DNA of 64,000 nucleotides from positions 32,001 to 96,000 of the IMG/VR virus record IMGVR_UViG_3300010885_020782, one strand, 5' to 3'. Position numbers and translations under genes: made by a program. Position 1 is the first letter of the stretch; every line of letters begins with the position of its first letter. This stretch comes from a virus. The notes under the pieces were generated by a model that worked only from the letters and a program-made list of their open reading frames with translations, did no database searches and had not been told where the DNA came from. Positions 56,280 through 64,000 of this stretch are shown here, piece after piece.

Positions 56280-56855
56280 TTACTTCTCCCCGTAATACTG
56301 AACATTTATGTAAATCGGTGGGGCAGAGTTCGGGTCAAGTTTGGTGGCAATAGTTAGGGCTTGTCTAACCAAAGTCTTAGCCGTAGATAAAGTTCTTTTA
56401 CGGGTTTCCATAGTTCCAAGTAAAGAACCAAGTGCGTAGGAAGAACCTGTTCCGATAGCGTAGATACCGCTTTCATCTCTAGCCCAAGAGTAGTCGTTGC
56501 CTATCTCATAGATAGTCCCGTTGATTACGACCATCACATTACTGTCGTTATCGCTATCTTTGGAGTAAGAGTTTTCCTCAAAACATTTCTTCATTTCAGG
56601 GATAAAGGAAGCCGTCATAAATTTGTCTAACCTTAGACCATAGGTTGAGGGGCTAATGATGGGCGGTTTGAATATGTAGCAAAGAATATTTATGGCTCTA
56701 ACATCTCCAGCCACGCCAATGATGTAGTTCCCGTTCTTGAACATCTTGCCATTATCTTTTGGAAGTGAGTAAATCTTTTCGTTCTCCTCGGTTACCCGTG
56801 AGTCATATCCAACGACAGCCCAGTTCTCCCCTTGCACGCCAGCAATAGTCGTCAT
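56280..56855 (-). CDS. proteasome beta-subunit/HslV-like Ntn-hydrolase
   Basis: N-terminal M-TTIAG, YDSRVT, conserved K (GKMF), GVAG and AIGTGSSYALG. Confidence 0.8.
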   Translation of the reverse strand: MTTIAGVQGENWAVVGYDSRVTEENEKIYSLPKDNGKMFKNGNYIIGVAGDVRAINILCYIFKPPIISPSTYGLRLDKFMTASFIPEMKKCFEENSYSKDSDNDSNVMVVINGTIYEIGNDYSWARDESGIYAIGTGSSYALGSLLGTMETRKRTLSTAKTLVRQALTIATKLDPNSAPPIYINVQYYGEK

Positions 56856-56893
56856 CTTCTTCTCTCCCGTTACCCTTCAGTTTTTACTTTTTA

Positions 56894-57145
56894 CTACTTC
56901 CAGAAGCCGTCCCAGAGTTCTTCTCTAAGTTGTTCATACTTATCGCCGTGATGCCCGTTGTATTTCGCAGAAATATCTTCACCTCTAATGAGATAGTCTA
57001 GCGAAAGAACGGCGGTATAGTCAGTATCGCCAAACATAATAACAAGTTTAGCGTCCCCGTCAGAGGGGTCATCTACAATAGCAACAACGAAAGGCTCGCC
57101 AGAGCCGTTAGCGTGAAAGTCCTTAGCAATAATATCCATACCCAA
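56894..57145 (-). CDS. hypothetical protein
   Basis: DFHANGSGEPFVVAIV motif; stop codon overlaps motif A. Confidence 0.6.
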   Translation of the reverse strand: MGMDIIAKDFHANGSGEPFVVAIVDDPSDGDAKLVIMFGDTDYTAVLSLDYLIRGEDISAKYNGHHGDKYEQLREELWDGFWK

Positions 57146-57226
57146 AAGGGTAGGGGTTTTTTATACAGGTGATTTGGACAAAAAGAAACCCCTGCCGTTA
57201 GACAGGGGCTTCCTAAGTGTTTGCCG

Positions 57227-57424
57227 TTAGGAAACGGACACCCATTTGTGAGCCGTGCGAAGAACATTAGCGTAGTCGCCAGCCATACTTTCATCAAGGA
57301 AGCGGTTGATTTCTTCCTGTGAAACGCTTGCTCGGCGCAGAGCCGTAGCCACTCGTCCCATAATCGCAACGGCGTTGCCGTCTTGACCTGATAGCGCAAC
57401 TTCTATGTGGTCGTATTTTGCCAT
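57227..57424 (-). CDS. conserved small phage protein
   Basis: LSGQDGNA.AIMGRV..ALRR...GDY..VL pattern; own promoter and terminator (57180-57212). Confidence 0.7.
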   Translation of the reverse strand: MAKYDHIEVALSGQDGNAVAIMGRVATALRRASVSQEEINRFLDESMAGDYANVLRTAHKWVSVS

Positions 57425-57473
57425 TTGGTTTCCCCCTTTCTTTCCTCTAATTTTACTCGCTTGCTATCGTAAG

Positions 57474-57596
57474 TCAAGAACCGCACTCGGCGTGTCGCCT
57501 ACAATGAGTCCAGCAAGTTCCGCATACTCCGCAATGGTCTATCTGTGAGCCAACATCATAAGTTGTTTGGCAGTAGTCGCAAGAGCCAATGTCCAT
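57474..57596 (-). CDS. 40-aa Cys/His-rich microprotein
   Basis: CDYC...HCGVCGTCWTHC; own promoter and RBS. Confidence 0.6.
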   Translation of the reverse strand: MDIGSCDYCQTTYDVGSQIDHCGVCGTCWTHCRRHAECGS

Positions 57597-57816
57597 TTGT
57601 TTCCCCTTTTTGTTTGTAAGAGCAAGTATAGCAAAATAATTTAGAAAGTCAAGAATAGATACACACCGACTTCCCACAAGACAGGGGAAGGGGAAGTCGG
57701 CGGAGCAGAGAAGGGTATGTCTGCTCTCATCTAGGCAAGGCAGAAAGGGGAACGCCTCGCACTAGGTGGTTCTATTTTACACCGAAGTTTTTACTTTTTA
57801 CTTCGGCAAACCGCGT

Positions 57817-58164
57817 TTAGATTTTATCCACAATGGCTATGGGGACAATGACCTCGGCAGAAATAGTTTCGCCATTACCCGACTTTCGGGCGAACCGCCC
57901 TGTGGGGTTATCCAGCATTACAGTAATCTTGCTTCGCCTAATGCCAACAATTTGTGCTGTTTCGCCGACAAGGTATTTAGTTCCGCAACGCTCGTTGATA
58001 CGAACCTTGTCGCCAACTAGGAAGTCAGAAAGTTTTAGCGAACCGCGCTTCTCCTCAATTCGTTTATCAACCGCTTGACGCAAGATTTGTAAGTGGCTAT
58101 CAAGTTCTCCACTCTCTATCTTGTCTGTAAGTGAAACAATAAAGTCTAAGTTAGTCGTCGTCAT
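57817..58164 (-). CDS. hypothetical protein with KOW/SH3-like C-terminus
   Basis: DFLVGDKVRI...LVGETAQIVGIRRSKITV. Confidence 0.6.
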   Translation of the reverse strand: MTTTNLDFIVSLTDKIESGELDSHLQILRQAVDKRIEEKRGSLKLSDFLVGDKVRINERCGTKYLVGETAQIVGIRRSKITVMLDNPTGRFARKSGNGETISAEVIVPIAIVDKI

Positions 58165-58387
58165 TTTCTATCTCCTCTCCATTTTCATCTACGACACCAA
58201 TGTCGTTAGATACTTTGGCAACATCAAACCCATAGTATTCTTCCATAAAGATAGAAGCGCAACGAATAGCGAAGTCGTTATCGCTCTCTCCTTCGTTTCG
58301 CAATTCATTATGAAGAACGATAGTGGTCATTAGCGTAAAGTAATCGCCAACGAACATTACTGTTCTTGAAAGATTTATCTCGTCCAT
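58151..58387 (-). CDS. acidic hypothetical protein
   Basis: Clean, coupled ORF. Confidence 0.6.
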   Translation of the reverse strand: MDEINLSRTVMFVGDYFTLMTTIVLHNELRNEGESDNDFAIRCASIFMEEYYGFDVAKVSNDIGVVDENGEEIENDDD

Positions 58388-58617
58388 TAGTTATTTAGCC
58401 TACTTATGAACTCGCCAAACTTTTGGTCAAGGTCGTCAGAGGTTGAGCCATCAGGTAAGGTGAAAAACTTTTCACTACCTTGATAAGAGTATGTCCAAGT
58501 GCCTGTCTTCTCGTCCCAAATAGTTCCATCAGGAAACCGCACTTCTTCACTCTCAACATCAACCGACCAATGGTTTAGGTTGTCGTCATACTTCACTACG
58601 AAATGGTGTTCAGCCAT
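58387..58617 (-). CDS. hypothetical protein
   Basis: Own promoter and RBS AAGGGAGA. Confidence 0.6.
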   Translation of the reverse strand: MAEHHFVVKYDDNLNHWSVDVESEEVRFPDGTIWDEKTGTWTYSYQGSEKFFTLPDGSTSDDLDQKFGEFISRLNN

Positions 58618-58677
58618 TTTATTTCTCCCTTTCTTTCTTTGACTTATTATTCCACTACCCTAGTGGAAAGTCAAATC

Positions 58678-59829
58678 CTATTTTGCTAGGACATAAACCT
58701 TGTCTTTCATAACCAAAGGTTTGTCGTCCGGCCCCTTTACATAAGGTGCTATCCAAATCCGCTTCTTAGTATTGTCCTTGTAAGGTTGCCATCTCCAATG
58801 ACCGCCGACTACCCATCTGTGCGACCAATCTATGAAGCGACCATCATCAGACTTTTCTCCACTCTTGTATTCTGTTTTGCGAAGTTGCACAACAACATAC
58901 TCGCTAGGAAGTTTTGCCTTCTCCATAGACTTTCTAATTCCGCGTTGAGGTGTTTTCTTTTCAGTAGATACAATAGTTTGCGACATCATCAAAAAGTATG
59001 CGTGCATAAATCGTGGAAAGTTATCCATACCAACGAAATCGTTTTGATAGTTCTCTTTCCAATAGTCCGCGTCTAACTCAAATTGTTCTTGTCGCTTTTT
59101 TCCGCCGACCTTTTCTCCGTGTCCAGCAGACTCAACGGAAGAGAGCAACCACTTACCAACATTTCTACGGAACTCCGCAACACTCTTTCCTGTTGCCTCT
59201 GCTGTTCTTTCTAGCATAGGCATAGAGTCGTCAGCCATTACATCAAAATTATTGAATAAGTAATAAACAATTTGTCTATCTTGCATTTCCCAAAGAACGG
59301 CGTGGATTATGTATTTGTTTCCTTCTATGTCGTTTGTTTCTACGCCCTTCTCAAAGTAAGCAAAGCCTCTAAGACTAGGGACAAGTTCTAAGTCAAAGGT
59401 ATCTGTTTCATCTAGTTGATTAGAAGCGAACGCAATTACATCTGTCATTTCGCCTTTTACTAAATAAACATCAGCCTCTTCAGTAATCGTAACCATTTCC
59501 TTGACCATAGTTTCGGCAAGGTCAATTTTTGTTTTACCTGTTCTCATAGTCCCTGTTAGAGATAGAGCCTTCTTCTCTGTATCAAAAGTAACCGCAGAAC
59601 CATACTGCGCTACATTGTTTAGGCAGAATAGTTTTTGTCCATAGAAGAACAACGCACCTTTTTTGCCAGCAAGTTCTGTTTTGTATTTAGCAAAAATATC
59701 CCTAACAATTTCATCTTCTTCATCTCTGCACTTTACAGATAGGACATTAGTTAGGACATAACCCGCATTACCTTTTAGGCGCAGGTTTAGGTCGTTGAGT
59801 AGCGTAAGCGTTTCATCAGGTCTAATCAT
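58678..59829 (-). CDS. conserved phage protein with C-terminal HRWVVGGHWRWQ...IWIAPYVKGP motif
   Basis: 383-aa ORF with own promoter TTGACT-N17-TATACT. Confidence 0.75.
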   Translation of the reverse strand: MIRPDETLTLLNDLNLRLKGNAGYVLTNVLSVKCRDEEDEIVRDIFAKYKTELAGKKGALFFYGQKLFCLNNVAQYGSAVTFDTEKKALSLTGTMRTGKTKIDLAETMVKEMVTITEEADVYLVKGEMTDVIAFASNQLDETDTFDLELVPSLRGFAYFEKGVETNDIEGNKYIIHAVLWEMQDRQIVYYLFNNFDVMADDSMPMLERTAEATGKSVAEFRRNVGKWLLSSVESAGHGEKVGGKKRQEQFELDADYWKENYQNDFVGMDNFPRFMHAYFLMMSQTIVSTEKKTPQRGIRKSMEKAKLPSEYVVVQLRKTEYKSGEKSDDGRFIDWSHRWVVGGHWRWQPYKDNTKKRIWIAPYVKGPDDKPLVMKDKVYVLAK

Positions 59830-59883
59830 TTGTTTCCCCTTTTCATACCCTAAGTATAAAACTATCTTTCCCCAAAGTCAAGT

Positions 59884-60336
59884 CTATTCTTCGTCCCACT
59901 CTTCCGAGTCTTCGTCCGAGTTTTCTTCCTTAGACTTATAGACAACTTCCTCAACAGGCATAAAGTCCAATAAGTCTAAGTCCTGCGTCAAGTCAAGAAC
60001 TAGACACTCTTCGCACCTCTTGTAGTCAATAGACCTCTCAAAGTGGCGAAGTTCCTCTATGGAAACATCTAAACCACTCTCCATCTTGGCAAGAATAATT
60101 CTTGTCCGCAAAGCCCTATGCTCTAACATATTTTGAGCATAGACATAATCTTCGTGGCGAATAAGGTCAGAGTCTTTGATTTGCTTTTCCTGTGTCTTGC
60201 AAGTCGGCAACCAAAGTGTGTCTTTATCTATGATTAGTTCGTAACCATCATCAGAAGTTTTAGTTGAGATAGGTTCGTAACTATGTAGAACTTTGCTAGT
60301 TAGTGGGTTGTGCGTGTATTTTCTTTTGTTAGTCAT
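59884..60336 (-). CDS. hypothetical protein, probably leaderless
   Basis: ATG 6 nt after the -10 box at 60343-60348, with no RBS. Confidence 0.6.
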   Translation of the reverse strand: MTNKRKYTHNPLTSKVLHSYEPISTKTSDDGYELIIDKDTLWLPTCKTQEKQIKDSDLIRHEDYVYAQNMLEHRALRTRIILAKMESGLDVSIEELRHFERSIDYKRCEECLVLDLTQDLDLLDFMPVEEVVYKSKEENSDEDSEEWDEE

Positions 60337-60468
60337 AGTGCAACCTTATCAAATAGTTTTTGGTTTTGCAACTTATCTCTCCCCTGCGTGTCGTTTGTGT
60401 TTTTACTTTTTACTATCCCTGTTTTGTAAGAAACCCCCCACCCTTTCGGGTGAGGGGCTTCCTCGCAA

Positions 60469-60855
60469 TTACTTGCCTGTCTTGAGAGCCTTGTAAGGGG
60501 CTGGAATTGTGAAGTCCTTGAGTAGGGCTTCAACTGTTGGGTGTGTCTTGAAAAGGTTTTCCTTATCAAGTTTTGTAGCGTTGATTGTTGCAACACGCAC
60601 AACAACATTACCTGCAACTGTTCCTGCTTCCGCAGTTCCTACCCACTCATCATTTACGAGTGTGTATCCGAGTAGTGCATAGAGTTCAGCCTTTAGAGCC
60701 TTCTCTGTATCTTGATTGGCTTTGATAGTGTCTTTCACGCTATCAAGTTTTACAAGCAGTTCGCTTGCATTAGTTGCGTCAAGCGCAACTTGCGTTGTAG
60801 TAACAGATGTAACAACCTTTGTTGTTACTTCTGTTTCAACTTTGGTTCTAGGCAT
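60469..60855 (-). CDS. coiled-coil hypothetical protein
   Basis: Own promoter; terminator at 60428-60462. Confidence 0.65.
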   Translation of the reverse strand: MPRTKVETEVTTKVVTSVTTTQVALDATNASELLVKLDSVKDTIKANQDTEKALKAELYALLGYTLVNDEWVGTAEAGTVAGNVVVRVATINATKLDKENLFKTHPTVEALLKDFTIPAPYKALKTGK

Positions 60856-60989
60856 AAGCCCAATTCCCTTCGTCGTTTTGTATTTTTACTTCATTAGGTA
60901 TCTGACCTAACAAAGAGAACTTTACCCTTTTGCCAAGCGATAAGCAAATCCAAATGAGCGTGTCGCCAAAAAATCTTTTGTGATTTGGC

Positions 60990-61205
60990 TCACACCTTTC
61001 CCCACGCTCGGGCTTCTGTGTATGGCTCTGCCACAAAGTCAGCCCCTTTGATTAGGTCATAAGGAAAGTCAGCCTTAGCCCTTGCTTCTCCAATGCGCTC
61101 GGCTTCGGCTTCGGTTTTGGCTTCTACTTCGTAATAAGCATTTGTTGCGGTTTCATCTTCAGAGAAGTATCCACGCACTATCCACTTTTTACTTTTTACT
61201 TTCAA
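60990..61205 (-). CDS. hypothetical protein (start uncertain)
   Basis: A TTG start near 61205 is inferred from an upstream GGAG; motif A lies in the first codons. Confidence 0.45.
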   Translation of the reverse strand: MKVKSKKWIVRGYFSEDETATNAYYEVEAKTEAEAERIGEARAKADFPYDLIKGADFVAEPYTEARAWGKV

Positions 61206-61355
61206 TCCAGTTTCTCCACTTCTATCTCGGTTGAGCGTGAGAGGTCGTGTCCATACTCGTTCTCCAACCACTCTCTTGCTTGTGTTTCAGCACCCCGTTG
61301 CGTTTCGGAACTCACCTCTGTCCCGAAGTGGGAGATGAAGGTGGCTTTCCAGCGG

Positions 61356-61601
61356 TTAGTCATTAGGGCTTGCCGTTTCTGCTAATACCTCGTTCGCTAA
61401 ATCTACGAAGTCTTCGGCAGCAGAACTTTGGAAATACCACTCGCCGTCTTCATACTTGTCGCAGACTTGCTCCCATTGTTCGTCCGTCAAGGTCAAGCCG
61501 TCTGCGTATCCTTCAACACACTCTTTGTCCCAGTATGCAACAAGCAACTCGGTTTCAGGTGCGTATGCCGTTAGTTGTTCTATTAGTTTTTTTACTTGCA
61601 T
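61356..61601 (-). CDS. acidic hypothetical protein
   Basis: Motif A lies 1 nt upstream of the ATG. Confidence 0.65.
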   Translation of the reverse strand: MQVKKLIEQLTAYAPETELLVAYWDKECVEGYADGLTLTDEQWEQVCDKYEDGEWYFQSSAAEDFVDLANEVLAETASPND

Positions 61602-61763
61602 AGTTTTTACTTTTTACCTTTCTTGGTTATGCGCTCGCCAGTTGTCGGTTAGGTTCGTGCGGTAGTGGAACATCTCCACGCCAATCACAAACCGAGCCGT
61701 TGTATGTATCTATCCACATACCAAAATCTTGCTTTACTTCCCAGCCACACTTGCGACAGATAT

Positions 61764-62003
61764 TCACTCTTGCCACCCGCCCGTCATAACTTCCCAACAA
61801 CTTGGGTGCGTGCCTGTAATCATTTGCTCACGCAACGCCTTATCCATTTCAGGGTAAGCGTCTTGAATAGCACCGCCTAATTGGCGAATAAGAAATCCCT
61901 TCATAGGAACTTCAACTGTTCCACCCTTGCCACACATTGTGCAAGTAGGGGTTTCAACTATGTAAGTTGTTTCCTCTACTACCTTTCCGAACTCTGTTTC
62001 CAT
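61764..62003 (-). CDS. zinc-ribbon phage protein
   Basis: CTMCG...IQDAYP...REQMITGTHPSCW. Confidence 0.7.
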   Translation of the reverse strand: METEFGKVVEETTYIVETPTCTMCGKGGTVEVPMKGFLIRQLGGAIQDAYPEMDKALREQMITGTHPSCWEVMTGGWQE

Positions 62004-62042
62004 TTGTTTCCCTTTCTAGTTGGTTGGCTAATAATAACAAAA

Positions 62043-62570
62043 TTAAAAGTGGAAGTCAATCGGCACTAGGTATTGGCGTGTCGGGTCTTTCTCCACTCGT
62101 TCCCAAAAGAACTCTAGGCTTGCCGAGTGTTCCTTTAGGTCATAAACACCTGTATCAGAACACCAATCATTAGAGAGAAGTCGTCCTAACCGCAGTAAAG
62201 ACCAAGCGTCCATAGTTGAGCCATAGTTATACTTGTTTGGGTTGTAGTCCTCAACAAGTTGTTCTAGGTTGAAGCCTTCTGTTTTTATTTGTTCTAGGTA
62301 TCGCAACATTTCTTTTTTACGATAACTAGCAAAGTCTTTGATAATGTCGTTTGCAAGAACGGGGTTCTCTGTGTATGCAAGAACATCTCTGTTCTCTTCC
62401 CAGCCTTCAAACAATCCTGACCAGCGACCAGCAAGCCCTTCGTCAAGACCCCCGTGCCAATCTGACCACGCAGGGTATGGAGTTTCTGAATAAGTAATAG
62501 TTGTTTTGGCGTAGTCAATAGCGTCCTGTGCGCTATCCGCTTCAATCAACATAATCTGACAAGTGTGCAT
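62043..62570 (-). CDS. conserved hypothetical protein
   Basis: WSDWH....AGRWSG and C-terminal YLVPIDFHF; motif A overlaps the ATG. Confidence 0.7.
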   Translation of the reverse strand: MHTCQIMLIEADSAQDAIDYAKTTITYSETPYPAWSDWHGGLDEGLAGRWSGLFEGWEENRDVLAYTENPVLANDIIKDFASYRKKEMLRYLEQIKTEGFNLEQLVEDYNPNKYNYGSTMDAWSLLRLGRLLSNDWCSDTGVYDLKEHSASLEFFWERVEKDPTRQYLVPIDFHF

Positions 62571-62625
62571 TTTTACTTTTTACCCTTTCTTTCGTTCTTG
62601 GTTGAGAACTATTATCCCATTTTAT

Positions 62626-63066
62626 TTATGCAAAGTCAAGTAGCAACATCTTTTCATTTTCATACTGTTCCTTCACATAGGAACTCGCACTTTGGAGAGC
62701 CTCTGAAATACTGTCGCATACCCAATCTAAATGCTCTCCGCGACAATACAAGTCAAACCAGTTGTTGTTGTCCCAGTTCAAGGCGTTCTCGCCATTAGCA
62801 AGGCGTAAGTCCTCATCACAATTTATACCTAAGCCATAAAAATCTGACGCAGTTCTAAGGATTGTTTCTGTTGGTTCGTGGATTACACGAACTTCTCCAT
62901 CTGCATAAACATCTACCTCAAACCCTTTATAGGAAACTTGGCAGATAAATCCATCACCTTCATACCAAAGGCTATCGTCTTGTTTTTCTAAGTTGGGAGC
63001 AACTCCAGAAAACATAGAAGCCCAAACAACTTTTGAACCTTCTAATAATTCTTCTACTGTTTTCAC
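62626..63066 (-). CDS. hypothetical protein
   Basis: GTG start after GAAAGGA. Confidence 0.6.
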   Translation of the reverse strand: MKTVEELLEGSKVVWASMFSGVAPNLEKQDDSLWYEGDGFICQVSYKGFEVDVYADGEVRVIHEPTETILRTASDFYGLGINCDEDLRLANGENALNWDNNNWFDLYCRGEHLDWVCDSISEALQSASSYVKEQYENEKMLLLDFA

Positions 63067-63236
63067 TTCTATCCTTTCGTCATTGGTTTTTACTTTTTAC
63101 TAAGTAGTAAGTGAAACCCCACAAAGGGGGTAAGGGGGCTTCACCTACTTAGGGTGTTGGTTCGCAGGTTCAGTTGTGGTGGAACTGACTTGCGTTGGAA
63201 GGACGCACCACACGAACCAACACTTCTTTTAGAACA

Positions 63237-63998
63237 TTAGGCAACCGCCCTCTGTCCAACTCTAGTTAGAGCGTCTGCACACGCCTTGCCAATTACTTCA
63301 CTTGCTTCCGCAGGATTAGTAATGTCGTCAATAACTTTAGCGTATCCACCGCCTAAATCGTTTGCTCTGTGTCCATTACTGAAAGGCAACCAAACAATTG
63401 CAACGCCAGCCTTCTCACATTGAGCCATAGCCCTACGAACATTGGCAGGTTCGTTGCCTGAATAGCAACCATCAGAAACGATTACGAGTAATTTCGCACC
63501 ACTTCCATTTAGTAAGTTGAGAGAACCTTCTAGTGCTTTGTATGCTCGCTCAAACTTTTCAGTTCCGTCCTCTGCTGAATAAACATTTACTTGTTCTAAC
63601 TTTTGTCCTGACTTTAGAACAGGGAAAACATCATTACCGAAATAAACCATAGCGCACTCACCTTGAATACGATTTACTGCTGACGACATTACCCAAGCAG
63701 TTGTAGCCATTGGGTTCATAGCACTTCCCATTGAACCTGAAATATCAACCATAATTCCAACTTTGAGAGTTGGGTCGTCTGTGTGCTTGCGAACTTTCTT
63801 TCGGAAAGGTTCTACCTTTGTATGAATACCGCGAGAGCGTAATGCTTCGCGTTGAATAAGTGCGCGAGTGCGTAAGCGTCCGGGTGGAACTTCACTAGAC
63901 TTCTCAACAACATCTCGCTCACGATACTTAGCCTTCTCTAACCAGCGACCAATAAGAACTGACGCAGAACGCTCCGCACCTGTTGGGTTGCGAGTTTC
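63237..63998 (-). CDS. von Willebrand factor A (CobT-like) domain protein, 5' end outside window
   Basis: Frame is open to the window edge. MIDAS motif VGIMVDISGSM, GTE and LLVIVSDG. Confidence 0.85.
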   Translation of the reverse strand, partial: ETRNPTGAERSASVLIGRWLEKAKYRERDVVEKSSEVPPGRLRTRALIQREALRSRGIHTKVEPFRKKVRKHTDDPTLKVGIMVDISGSMGSAMNPMATTAWVMSSAVNRIQGECAMVYFGNDVFPVLKSGQKLEQVNVYSAEDGTEKFERAYKALEGSLNLLNGSGAKLLVIVSDGCYSGNEPANVRRAMAQCEKAGVAIVWLPFSNGHRANDLGGGYAKVIDDITNPAEASEVIGKACADALTRVGQRAVA

Positions 63999-64000
63999 AA

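Larger units (their letters stand above)
42574..62639. promoter_or_regulatory. array of about 29 sigma70/SigA-type promoters, roughly one per cassette
   Basis: TTG(A/C)NN-N16-18-TAnnnT-like. Plus strand: 42574, 43000, 43466, 44064, 44556, 44916. Minus strand (-35 start): 47968, 48305, 48714, 50454, 50855, 51995, 52098, 52832, 53159, 53726, 54182, 54635, 55002, 55831, 56201, 57477, 57652, 58674, 59881, 60371, 60947, 62059, 62639. Many read TTGACT-N17-TATACT. Confidence 0.85.
43332..63100. repeat. dispersed 15-bp motif A, GTAAAAAGTAAAAAC, 22 copies
   Basis: Plus strand: 43332, 43984, 44473, 46218, 48046, 48350, 52192. Minus strand: 49130, 49801, 50903, 52892, 53218, 54324, 54694, 56269, 56880, 57787, 60399, 61185, 61603, 62569, 63086 (left coordinates). 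Confidence 0.95.

Noticed and set aside
57824-57832. Additional DnaA box TTATCCACA
   Set aside because: It lies in the last codons of a gene (V-D-K) and can be explained by coding sequence.
43332-63100. Motif A repeats as a CRISPR array or integron attC sites
   Set aside because: Spacing is irregular (hundreds to thousands of bp of genes) and the repeat is only 15 bp. There are no RYYYAAC/GTTRRRY paired cores, and no cas operon or integron integrase is in the window.
1-64000. tRNA/tmRNA genes, integrase, att site, transposase
   Set aside because: No T-loop GGTTCGAATCC-type cloverleaf or recombinase/transposase motifs were recognised by eye. tRNAscan-SE/ARAGORN would be needed to exclude divergent RNAs.

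Overview
This is a 64 kb segment of a large, low-GC (about 40-43% by eye) tailed dsDNA phage genome with siphovirus-type morphogenesis genes. The host is probably an actinomycete. This is inferred from the actinophage-like head/tail gene set and from apparently leaderless promoters. No tRNA, rRNA, CRISPR array, integrase or terminase was seen. (1) 1-41956 is one minus-strand block. In transcription order it holds an HTH gene and small genes, portal, Dps, a 2635-aa polyvalent protein (DnaQ exonuclease + ArdC-like ssDNA-binding/metallopeptidase), an 1890-aa capsid-protease polyprotein, major capsid, a second capsid-like protein, major tail, adaptor/neck genes, tail chaperones, tape measure, Dit, minor tail and an S74 tail fibre. 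It then continues into a glycosyltransferase, Pol A, RuvC-like resolvase, SNF2 helicase, Cas4-like exonuclease and Sak4-like recombinase. (2) 41957-42573 is a non-coding divergence region. (3) 42574-64000 is a dense array of mostly one-gene expression cassettes, each typically built as sigma70-type promoter, RBS, small ORF, intrinsic terminator. The cassettes share a set of cis motifs. A 15-bp asymmetric element, GTAAAAAGTAAAAAC, occurs 22 times here and was not seen in full in 1-42 kb. An 11-bp-period direct repeat, AAGTTR-N5-AAGT, usually sits about 30 bp from it. CRP-like, DnaA-like and GACAC (WhiA-like) boxes also recur. This cassette regulatory system and the polyvalent virion-region protein are the best candidates for undescribed biology. 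All motif counts are manual.
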